Translations under genes and position numbers: made by a program
Source of the DNA: Nemertoderma westbladi
Lineage: Eukaryota; Animalia; Xenacoelomorpha
Assembly (NCBI GenBank): GCA_032718475.1
Contig: JAUCBJ010003082.1
Coordinates: forward strand, 4,030 to 68,029
Length of the DNA: 64,000 bases
Direction of reading: 5' to 3'
In this document: in pieces, positions 1 through 13,108 of the stretch
How the letters are laid out: each line of letters opens with the position of its first letter
Position numbering within the stretch: the stretch's first letter is position 1
The notes under the pieces: model-generated
The model's database searches: none
What the model was told of the DNA's origin: nothing
Seen by the model: the letters and a program-made list of their open reading frames with translations, nothing else

Positions 1-3000
1 CACTATTCTGATTATATTAATATAAACAATATTGATGTTTTACCACTATTCTGATTATATTAATATAAACAATATTGTTGTTCTACCACTATTCTGATTA
101 TATTAATATAAACAATATTACTGTTTTACCACTATTCTGATTCTGATTATATTAATATAAACAATATTGCTGTTTTGCCACTATTCTGATTATATTAATA
201 TAAACAATATTGCTGTTTTACCACTATTCTGATTATATTAATATAAACAATATTGCTGTTTTGCCACTATTCTGATTATATTAATATAAACAATATTGCT
301 GTTTTACTACTATTCTGATTATATTAATATAAACAATATTACTGTTTTACCACTATTCTGATTATATTAATATAAACAATATTGCTGTTTTACCACTATT
401 CTGATTATATTAATATAAACAATATTACTGTTTTACCACTATTCTGATTATATTAATATAAACAATATTGTTGTTCTACCACTATTCTGATTATATTAAT
501 ATAAACAATATTACTGTTTTACCACTATTCTGATTATATTAATATAAACAATATTGTTGTTCTACCACTATTCTGATTATATTAATATAAACAATATTAC
601 TGTTTTACCACTATTCTGATTCTGATTATATTAATATAAACAATATTGCTGTTTTGCCACTATTCTGATTATATTAATATAAACAATATTGCTGTTTTAC
701 CACTATTCTGATTATATTAATATAAACAATATTACTGTTTTACCACTATTCTGATTATATTAATATAAACAATATTGATGTTTTACCACTATTCTGATTA
801 TATTAATATAAACAATATTGTTGTTCTACCACTATTCTGATTATATTAATATAAACAATATTGCTGTTTTGCCACTATTCTGATTATATTAATATAAACA
901 ATATTGCTGTTTTACCACTATTCTGATTATATTAATATAAACAATATTACTGTTTTACCACTATTCTGATTATATTAATATAAACAATATTACTGTTTTA
1001 CCACTATTCTGATTCTGATTATATTAATATAAACAATATTGCTGTTTTGCCACTATTCTGATTATATTAATATAAACAATATTGCTGTTTTACCACTATT
1101 CTGATTATATTAATATAAACAATATTGCTGTTTTACCACTATTCTGATTATATTAATATAAACAATATTACTGTTTTGCCACTATTCTGATTATATTAAT
1201 ATAAACAATATTGCTGTTTTACCACTATTCTGATTATATTAATATAAACAATATTACTGTTTTACCACTATTCTGATTATATTAATATAAACAATATTGA
1301 TGTTTTACCACTATTCTGATTATATTAATATAAACAATATTGTTGTTCTACCACTATTCTGATTATATTAATATAAACAATATTGCTGTTTTGCCACTAT
1401 TCTGATTATATTAATATAAACAATATTGCTGTTTTACCACTATTCTGATTATATTAATATAAACAATATTGCTGTTTTGCCACTATTCTGATTATATTAA
1501 TATAAACAATATTGCTGTTTTACCACTATTCTGATTATATTAATATAAACAATATTACTGTTTTACCACTATTCTGATTATATTAATATAAACAATATTG
1601 ATGTTTTACCACTATTCTGATTATATTAATATAAACAATATTGTTGTTCTACCACTATTCTGATTATATTAATATAAACAATATTACTGTTTTACCACTA
1701 TTCTGATTCTGATTATATTAATATAAACAATATTGCTGTTTTGCCACTATTCTGATTATATTAATATAAACAATATTGCTGTTTTACCACTATTCTGATT
1801 ATATTAATATAAACAATATTACTGTTTTACCACTATTCTGATTATATTAATATAAACAATATTGATGTTTTACCACTATTCTGATTATATTAATATAAAC
1901 AATATTGTTGTTCTACCACTATTCTGATTATATTAATATAAACAATATTGCTGTTTTGCCACTATTCTGATTATATTAATATAAACAATATTGCTGTTTT
2001 ACCACTATTCTGATTATATTAATATAAACAATATTGCTGTTTTGCCACTATTCTGATTATATTAATATAAACAATATTGCTGTTTTACCACTATTCTGAT
2101 TATATTAATATAAACAATATTGATGTTTTACCACTATTCTGATTATATTAATATAAACAATATTGTTGTTCTACCACTATTCTGATTATATTAATATAAA
2201 CAATATTACTGTTTTACCACTATTCTGATTCTGATTATATTAATATAAACAATATTGCTGTTTTGCCACTATTCTGATTATATTAATATAAACAATATTG
2301 CTGTTTTACCACTATTCTGATTATATTAATATAAACAATATTACTGTTTTACCACTATTCTGATTATATTAATATAAACAATATTGATGTTTTACCACTA
2401 TTCTGATTATATTAATATAAACAATATTGTTGTTCTACCACTATTCTGATTATATTAATATAAACAATATTACTGTTTTACCACTATTCTGATTCTGATT
2501 ATATTAATATAAACAATATTGCTGTTTTGCCACTATTCTGATTATATTAATATAAACAATATTGCTGTTTTACCACTATTCTGATTATATTAATATAAAC
2601 AATATTGCTGTTTTGCCACTATTCTGATTATATTAATATAAACAATATTGCTGTTTTACCACTATTCTGATTATTTTATTAATATAAACAATATTGCTGT
2701 TTTACTACTATTCTGATTTTATTAATATAAACAATATTGCTGTTTTGCCACTATTCTGATTATATTAATATAAACAATATTGCTGTTTTGCCACTATTCT
2801 GATTATATTAATATAAACAATATTGCTGTTTTACCACTATTCTGATTATATTAATATAAACAATATTACTGTTTTACCACTATTCTGATTATATTAATAT
2901 AAACAATATTGCTGTTTTACCACTATTCTGATTATTTTATTAATATAAACAATATTGCTGTTTTACTACTATTCTGATTTTATTAATATAAACAAATATT

Positions 3001-6000
3001 GCTGTTTTGCCACTATTCTGATTATATTAATATAAACAATATTGCTGTTTTACCACTATTCTGATTATATTAATATAAACAATATTGCTGTTTTGCCACT
3101 ATTCTGATTATATTAATATAAACAATATTGCTGTTTTACCACTATTCTGATTATTTTATTAATATAAACAATATTGCTGTTTTACTACTATTCTGATTTT
3201 ATTAATATAAACAATATTGCTGTTTTGCCACTATTCTGATTATATTAATATAAACAATATTGCTGTTTTACCACTATTCTGATTATATTAATATAAACAA
3301 TATTGCTGTTTTACCACTATTCTGATTATATTAATATAAACAATATTACTGTTTTACCACTATTCTGATTATATTAATATAAACAATATTACTGTTTTAC
3401 CACTATTCTGATTATATTAATATAAACAATATTACTGTTTTACCACTATTCTGATTATATTAATATAAACAATATTGATGTTTTACCACTATTCTGATTA
3501 TATTAATATAAACAATATTGTTGTTCTACCACTATTCTGATTATATTAATATAAACAATATTGCTGTTTTGCCACTATTCTGATTATATTAATATAAACA
3601 ATATTGCTGTTTTACTACTATTCTGATTATATTAATATAAACAATATTGCTGTTTTACCACTATTCTGATTATATTAATATAAACAATATTGTTGTTCTA
3701 CCACTATTCTGATTATATTAATATAAACAATATTGCTGTTTTGCCACTATTCTGATTATATTAATATAAACAATATTGCTGTTTTACTACTATTCTGATT
3801 ATATTAATATAAACAATATTGCTGTTTTACCACTATTCTGATTATATTAATATAAACAATATTACTGTTATACCACTATTCTGATTATATTAATATAAAC
3901 AATATTGCTGTTTTACTACTATTCTGATTATATTAATATAAACAATATTGCTGTTTTACCACTATTCTGATTATATTAATATAAACAATATTACTGTTTT
4001 ACCACTATTCTGATTATATTAATATAAACAATATTACTGTTTTACCACTATTCTGATTCTGATTATATTAATATAAACAATATTGCTGTTTTGCCACTAT
4101 TCTGATTATATTAATATAAACAATATTGCTGTTTTACCACTATTCTGATTATATTAATATAAACAATATTACTGTTTTACCACTATTCTGATTATATTAA
4201 TATAAACAATATTGATGTTTTACCACTATTCTGATTATATTAATATAAACAATATTGTTGTTCTACCACTATTCTGATTATATTAATATAAACAATATTG
4301 CTGTTTTGCCACTATTCTGATTATATTAATATAAACAATATTGCTGTTTTACCACTATTCTGATTATATTAATATAAACAATATTGCTGTTTTGCCACTA
4401 TTCTGATTATATTAATATAAACAATATTGCTGTTTTACCACTATTCTGATTATATTAATATAAACAATATTACTGTTTTACCACTATTCTGATTATATTA
4501 ATATAAACAATATTGATGTTTTACCACTATTCTGATTATATTAATATAAACAATATTGTTGTTCTACCACTATTCTGATTATATTAATATAAACAATATT
4601 ACTGTTTTACCACTATTCTGATTCTGATTATATTAATATAAACAATATTGCTGTTTTGCCACTATTCTGATTATATTAATATAAACAATATTGCTGTTTT
4701 GCCACTATTCTGATTATATTAATATAAACAATATTGCTGTTTTACCACTATTCTGATTATTTTATTAATATAAACAATATTGCTGTTTTACTACTATTCT
4801 GATTTTATTAATATAAACAATATTGCTGTTTTGCCACTATTCTGATTATATTAATATAAACAATATTGCTGTTTTACCACTATTCTGATTATATTAATAT
4901 AAACAATATTGCTGTTTTACCACTATTCTGATTCTGATTATATTAATATAAACAATATTGCTGTTTTACCACTATTCTGATTATATTAATATAAACAATA
5001 TTGCTGTTTTGCCACTATTCTGATTATATTAATATAAACAATATTGCTGTTTTACCACTATTCTGATTATTTTATTAATATAAACAATATTGCTGTTTTA
5101 CTACTATTCTGATTTTATTAATATAAACAATATTGCTGTTTTGCCACTATTCTGATTATATTAATATAAACAATATTGCTGTTTTACCACTATTCTGATT
5201 ATATTAATATAAACAATATTGCTGTTTTACCACTATTCTGATTCTGATTATATTAATATAAACAATATTGCTGTTTTACCACTATTCTGATTATATTAAT
5301 ATAAACAATATTGCTGTTTTGCCACTATTCTGATTATATTAATATAAACAATATTGCTGTTTTACCACTATTCTGATTATTTTATTAATATAAACAATAT
5401 TGCTGTTTTACTACTATTCTGATTTTATTAATATAAACAATATTGCTGTTTTGCCACTATTCTGATTATATTAATATAAACAATATTGCTGTTTTACCAC
5501 TATTCTGATTATATTAATATAAACAATATTGCTGTTTTACCACTATTCTGATTCTGATTATATTAATATAAACAATATTGCTGTTTTACCACTATTCTGA
5601 TTATATTAATATAAACAATATTGCTGTTTTGCCACTATTCTGATTATATTAATATAAACAATATTGCTGTTTTACCACTATTCTGATTATTTTATTAATA
5701 TAAACAATATTGCTGTTTTACTACTATTCTGATTTTATTAATATAAACAATATTGCTGTTTTGCCACTATTCTGATTATATTAATATAAACAATATTGCT
5801 GTTTTACCACTATTCTGATTATATTAATATAAACAATATTGCTGTTTTACCACTATTCTGATTATATTAATATAAACAATATTACTGTTTTACCACTATT
5901 CTGATTATATTAATATAAACAATATTGATGTTTTACCACTATTCTGATTATATTAATATAAACAATATTGTTGTTCTACCACTATTCTGATTATATTAAT

Positions 6001-9000
6001 ATAAACAATATTGCTGTTTTGCCACTATTCTGATTATATTAATATAAACAATATTGCTGTTTTACCACTATTCTGATTATATTAATATAAACAATATTAC
6101 TGTTTTACCACTATTCTGATTATATTAATATAAACAATATTACTGTTTTACCACTATTCTGATTCTGATTATATTAATATAAACAATATTGCTGTTTTGC
6201 CACTATTCTGATTATATTAATATAAACAATATTGCTGTTTTACCACTATTCTGATTATATTAATATAAACAATATTGCTGTTTTACCACTATTCTGATTA
6301 TATTAATATAAACAATATTACTGTTTTGCCACTATTCTGATTATATTAATATAAACAATATTGCTGTTTTACCACTATTCTGATTATATTAATATAAACA
6401 ATATTACTGTTTTACCACTATTCTGATTATATTAATATAAACAATATTGATGTTTTACCACTATTCTGATTATATTAATATAAACAATATTGTTGTTCTA
6501 CCACTATTCTGATTATATTAATATAAACAATATTGCTGTTTTGCCACTATTCTGATTATATTAATATAAACAATATTGCTGTTTTACCACTATTCTGATT
6601 ATATTAATATAAACAATATTGCTGTTTTGCCACTATTCTGATTATATTAATATAAACAATATTGCTGTTTTACCACTATTCTGATTATATTAATATAAAC
6701 AATATTACTGTTTTACCACTATTCTGATTATATTAATATAAACAATATTGATGTTTTACCACTATTCTGATTATATTAATATAAACAATATTGTTGTTCT
6801 ACCACTATTCTGATTATATTAATATAAACAATATTACTGTTTTACCACTATTCTGATTCTGATTATATTAATATAAACAATATTGCTGTTTTGCCACTAT
6901 TCTGATTATATTAATATAAACAATATTGCTGTTTTACCACTATTCTGATTATATTAATATAAACAATATTACTGTTTTACCACTATTCTGATTATATTAA
7001 TATAAACAATATTGATGTTTTACCACTATTCTGATTATATTAATATAAACAATATTGTTGTTCTACCACTATTCTGATTATATTAATATAAACAATATTG
7101 CTGTTTTGCCACTATTCTGATTATATTAATATAAACAATATTGCTGTTTTACCACTATTCTGATTATATTAATATAAACAATATTGCTGTTTTGCCACTA
7201 TTCTGATTATATTAATATAAACAATATTGCTGTTTTACCACTATTCTGATTATATTAATATAAACAATATTGATGTTTTACCACTATTCTGATTATATTA
7301 ATATAAACAATATTGTTGTTCTACCACTATTCTGATTATATTAATATAAACAATATTACTGTTTTACCACTATTCTGATTCTGATTATATTAATATAAAC
7401 AATATTGCTGTTTTGCCACTATTCTGATTATATTAATATAAACAATATTGCTGTTTTACCACTATTCTGATTATATTAATATAAACAATATTACTGTTTT
7501 ACCACTATTCTGATTATATTAATATAAACAATATTGATGTTTTACCACTATTCTGATTATATTAATATAAACAATATTGTTGTTCTACCACTATTCTGAT
7601 TATATTAATATAAACAATATTACTGTTTTACCACTATTCTGATTCTGATTATATTAATATAAACAATATTGCTGTTTTGCCACTATTCTGATTATATTAA
7701 TATAAACAATATTGCTGTTTTACCACTATTCTGATTATATTAATATAAACAATATTGCTGTTTTGCCACTATTCTGATTATATTAATATAAACAATATTG
7801 CTGTTTTACCACTATTCTGATTATTTTATTAATATAAACAATATTGCTGTTTTACTACTATTCTGATTTTATTAATATAAACAATATTGCTGTTTTGCCA
7901 CTATTCTGATTATATTAATATAAACAATATTGCTGTTTTGCCACTATTCTGATTATATTAATATAAACAATATTGCTGTTTTACCACTATTCTGATTATA
8001 TTAATATAAACAATATTACTGTTTTACCACTATTCTGATTATATTAATATAAACAATATTGCTGTTTTACCACTATTCTGATTATTTTATTAATATAAAC
8101 AATATTGCTGTTTTACTACTATTCTGATTTTATTAATATAAACAATATTGCTGTTTTGCCACTATTCTGATTATATTAATATAAACAATATTGCTGTTTT
8201 ACCACTATTCTGATTATATTAATATAAACAATATTACTGTTATACCACTATTCTGATTATATTAATATAAACAATATTGCTGTTTTACTACTATTCTGAT
8301 TATATTAATATAAACAATATTGCTGTTTTACCACTATTCTGATTATATTAATATAAACAATATTACTGTTTTACCACTATTCTGATTATATTAATATAAA
8401 CAATATTACTGTTTTACCACTATTCTGATTCTGATTATATTAATATAAACAATATTGCTGTTTTGCCACTATTCTGATTATATTAATATAAACAATATTG
8501 CTGTTTTACCACTATTCTGATTATATTAATATAAACAATATTACTGTTTTACCACTATTCTGATTATATTAATATAAACAATATTGATGTTTTACCACTA
8601 TTCTGATTATATTAATATAAACAATATTGTTGTTCTACCACTATTCTGATTATATTAATATAAACAATATTGCTGTTTTGCCACTATTCTGATTATATTA
8701 ATATAAACAATATTGCTGTTTTACCACTATTCTGATTATATTAATATAAACAATATTGCTGTTTTGCCACTATTCTGATTATATTAATATAAACAATATT
8801 GCTGTTTTACCACTATTCTGATTATATTAATATAAACAATATTACTGTTTTACCACTATTCTGATTATATTAATATAAACAATATTGATGTTTTACCACT
8901 ATTCTGATTATATTAATATAAACAATATTGTTGTTCTACCACTATTCTGATTATATTAATATAAACAATATTACTGTTTTACCACTATTCTGATTCTGAT

Positions 9001-10570
9001 TATATTAATATAAACAATATTGCTGTTTTGCCACTATTCTGATTATATTAATATAAACAATATTGCTGTTTTGCCACTATTCTGATTATATTAATATAAA
9101 CAATATTGCTGTTTTACCACTATTCTGATTATTTTATTAATATAAACAATATTGCTGTTTTACTACTATTCTGATTTTATTAATATAAACAATATTGCTG
9201 TTTTGCCACTATTCTGATTATATTAATATAAACAATATTGCTGTTTTACCACTATTCTGATTATATTAATATAAACAATATTGCTGTTTTACCACTATTC
9301 TGATTCTGATTATATTAATATAAACAATATTGCTGTTTTACTACTATTCTGATTTTATTAATATAAACAATATTGCTGTTTTGCCACTATTCTGATTATA
9401 TTAATATAAACAATATTGCTGTTTTACCACTATTCTGATTATATTAATATAAACAATATTGCTGTTTTACCACTATTCTGATTCTGATTATATTAATATA
9501 AACAATATTGCTGTTTTACCACTATTCTGATTATATTAATATAAACAATATTGCTGTTTTGCCACTATTCTGATTATATTAATATAAACAATATTGCTGT
9601 TTTACCACTATTCTGATTATTTTATTAATATAAACAATATTGCTGTTTTACTACTATTCTGATTTTATTAATATAAACAATATTGCTGTTTTGCCACTAT
9701 TCTGATTATATTAATATAAACAATATTGCTGTTTTACCACTATTCTGATTATATTAATATAAACAATATTGCTGTTTTACCACTATTCTGATTATATTAA
9801 TATAAACAATATTGCTGTTTTACCACTATTCTGATTCTGATTATATTAATATAAACAATATTGCTGTTTTACTACTATTCTGATTTTATTAATATAAACA
9901 ATATTGCTGTTTTGCCACTATTCTGATTATATTAATATAAACAATATTGCTGTTTTACCACTATTCTGATTATATTAATATAAACAATATTGCTGTTTTA
10001 CCACTATTCTGATTCTGATTATATTAATATAAACAATATTGCTGTTTTACCACTATTCTGATTATATTAATATAAACAATATTGCTGTTTTACCACTATT
10101 CTGATTTTATTAATATAAACAATATTACTGTTTTACCACTATTCTAATTATATTAATATAAACAATATTACTGTTTTACCACTATTCTAATTATATTAAT
10201 ATAAACAATATTGCTGTTTTGCCACTATTCTGATTATATTAATATAAACAATATTGCTGTTTTGCCACTATTCTGATTTTATTAATATAAACAATATTAC
10301 TGTTTTACCACTATTCTAATTATATTAATATAAACAATATTGCTGTTTTATCACTATTCTGATTATATTAATATAAACAATATTACTGTTTTACCACTAT
10401 TCTGATTATATTAATATAAACAATATTACTGTTTTACCACTATTCTGATTATATTAATATAAACAATATTGCTGTTTTATCACTATTCTGATTATATTAA
10501 TATAAACAATATTGCTGTTTTACCACTATTCTGATTATATTAATATAAACAATATTGCTGTTTTACCACT
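1..10570. repeat. 43-bp AT-rich satellite array (runs off the left edge of the window)
   Basis: Unit CACTATTCTGATTATATTAATATAAACAATATTGCTGTTTTAC recurs every 43 bp (1, 44, ...). Recurrent variants: GAT/GTT/ACT centre, CTGATT duplication, TTATTTTATT. Confidence 0.98.
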
Positions 10571-10622
10571 GCTGCTTTGCTTATATTTGTTTACAATATA
10601 TTATATGTTTACAATTTACCAG

Positions 10623-10754
10623 TATCTTGTTTACGATCCTACATCTGATCATCACAAGGTTACATTTACTTTCCAACTCGAATGGCCCTTTAAACCGTTA
10701 CCACCGTTACCGTTACCGCTACCAGTAAAATGGAGATATGAAAAGAATATATAA
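10623..10754 (+). CDS. Possible terminal coding exon of an unidentified gene
   Basis: T-rich tract and TTTACCAG acceptor (AG 10621-10622), open frame YLVYDPTSDHHKVTFTFQLEWPFKPLPP...KNI*, AATAAA at 10757. No recognisable homology. Confidence 0.3.
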   Translation, partial: YLVYDPTSDHHKVTFTFQLEWPFKPLPPLPLPLPVKWRYEKNI

Positions 10755-11052
10755 ATAATAAACGATGTTGTTACCAATTGAGGGAAAGGAGCAGGTTATA
10801 GAGGGTTTTTTTTTTCTAACCAAATCAATAAACGATGTTGTTAACAATATTGAATATAAAAATATTTTGGGACGAATATAAATAATTTGGTGCGAAAAGT
10901 ATGTAATCTGGGAAAGAAATATGTATTTAGACGTAGCATTAATGTATATTGCTTACAGAAAACATTAAATTTGGGGCGGAAAAAAATTATATTAGGTGCG
11001 AAAAATATGTAAAATGGGAAAGAAATAATTTGTAGTCTTTAGAAACCACCTA

Positions 11053-11571
11053 TAGTCAGTTCCGCCGTTTTTGCCCAAATGGGATTGTTGCATTTCTTTA
11101 TGTTAACGAACTGAGATAAATCACCAAAACAAGAAATATTATTTTTGAAGGTCCATATTTCCTACAACAAACACCTCATACCTCTAACGATGTTATAACC
11201 CAACAATGTTATATTGCTAGACAGGCTGATTTATCCCAAGTTTCAATCATAATTTCATTAAATATAGAGCGGTTGCTATTGCTAGGGAAAGGTCTCCTTG
11301 TTGCTATGGAAACGTGTACAGACTTATATTTTTAAACTAACCCAGTTATGTAATCGTAATTTTTGTTTATGGCGAGTTTCAATTTGTTAATAACAGAAAC
11401 GACAAATTTTACCCGGTTGCTATGAAAAGTCACCCTGTTGCTAGGGAAGTAGTCAATTTTTTTTGGTACAGGCTCAGATTAATCTACACATTTTTTTTAC
11501 ATAGAGTATATAGTGATATTTACATGCTTTTGTCCGGCAATTGACGATTTTCACCTTAAGCGACCCCACTA
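11053..11571. mobile_element. Putative non-autonomous DNA transposon (Academ-like termini)
   Basis: Begins TAGTCAGTTCCG and ends GCGACCCCACTA (TAGT...ACTA, weak TIR), with TA on both flanks. Several internal GTTGCTA(T/G)G(G/A)AA motifs. The superfamily call is a recollection-based inference. Confidence 0.35.
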
Positions 11572-11633
11572 TAAACCAAACCTAGAATCGCAATAGTAAC
11601 CATCGACGTTGTGGATACAACAACTGTATGTGG

Positions 11634-11842
11634 CATTGATTTCCTACAGTTAGGAATACTACCAACACTTTGTACATTGATTTCCTACAGTTAGGAATAC
11701 TACCAACACTTTGTACATTGATTTCCTACAGTTAGGAATACTACCAACACTTTGTACATTGATTTCCTACAGTTAGGAATACTACCAACACTTTGTACAT
11801 TGATTTCCTACAGTTAGGAATACTACCAACACTTTGTACATT
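11634..11842. repeat. 41-bp perfect tandem repeat, 5 copies
   Basis: CATTGATTTCCTACAGTTAGGAATACTACCAACACTTTGTA starts at 11634, 11675, 11716, 11757 and 11798. Confidence 0.95.
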
Positions 11843-13108
11843 AACTTCAATGTACTCAAACACAACCTCAAAAATATTTTACTGTATACTCCTCTATTAC
11901 AATCCTACCGCGGCCGCTCGTATTTACAATAATGTAATTGTTTTTGATAATTATGATATTACGAAACGATCGCTGATGTAAAAGAGCCCTTAAAAACTTT
12001 GTTGTTAAAAAAGTTACTTTCTTCAAATTGTATATGACAGGTATTACTAGTCAGTGGTTATATTAAATTATAAGCGATTGTATATGTCTGTCCATTACAG
12101 TGCAGTTGGCATAAGCCAATATTTAAATTTAATATTAATAAATTAAATATACTTTAAGTTACAATTCAGTTTCATTGTAAATAACCCGTCCATCTCTAAA
12201 GTGCAGTATATATACAACTCTATGGACGAAGAGATACGGTTATGAATGAATGCTGGAACGGATAAGCGTGTCATCACGTGTTGGTCTTGTATCGCTTTGA
12301 GTCCTGTTCCCCTTCGTCATCTCGAGATAATTCCAGAACCCGACATGGATTTACGGATGGATACGTTAAGTGATTTATACGGGGAGATTAAGTTAGTCTG
12401 CTTATTCGATGTAGATAAGTTTCTCGGAGCATTTAGCGAAAACCAAGGCGATTTAAAGTAGACCTGTGTAGCCCAATGGCTCGCTTGAGACAGGATGACT
12501 TAATATAAACTGTGAAATACTTTCGGTTTGACGTGAGGCCAGATAAGTTGGTGGCAGTAGGTAACGCAGGACGAATTTTAATTTTGAATAGATTTCTGTC
12601 TGTTGGAAAAGTTAAATTCGTTAGATAAAGAGTTATTATTAATCATTGTGAATAAAAACAAGATATCCATAATAATGTATTTATTTATAATAATTCAAAT
12701 GATTTATTAAATATATTATTCAATAGAGTGTTGTAATACAAATTGCATAATTTTAGGTTTAATTTGTTGATACTACTGACGGACAATAGCAAACAATTAT
12801 TATTAGCACAAAAAGGAAAAGCGCCACAACCAGATGTTCCAATATAGAAGCGATGGGTGTTGCTACATAATAAATTATATCAAAGTTACCAAACGATAAA
12901 TATTTAATCAAAATACCACCACATCTACAGTAACCTGAGGTACAAATCATATTAAATCATAAATTTAGGGAAAATCAGAATTTACCGCATCATTTATAAA
13001 TAACTATTCTACAAACGTTTATCCATCACCAATACTAATAAACAATATTATGTTACGTAATAAACCCACGTAGATACACAAAGTCCAAAACTGGTGGATA
13101 AATCTCAT

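Noticed and set aside
11634-11842. CRISPR-like hairpin repeat
   Set aside because: Units are head-to-tail with no unique spacers, there are no cas genes, and the context is eukaryotic.
12222-12600. GC-richer patch with a 71-aa ORF
   Set aside because: No recognisable motif, stops in all frames, no convincing splice pair.
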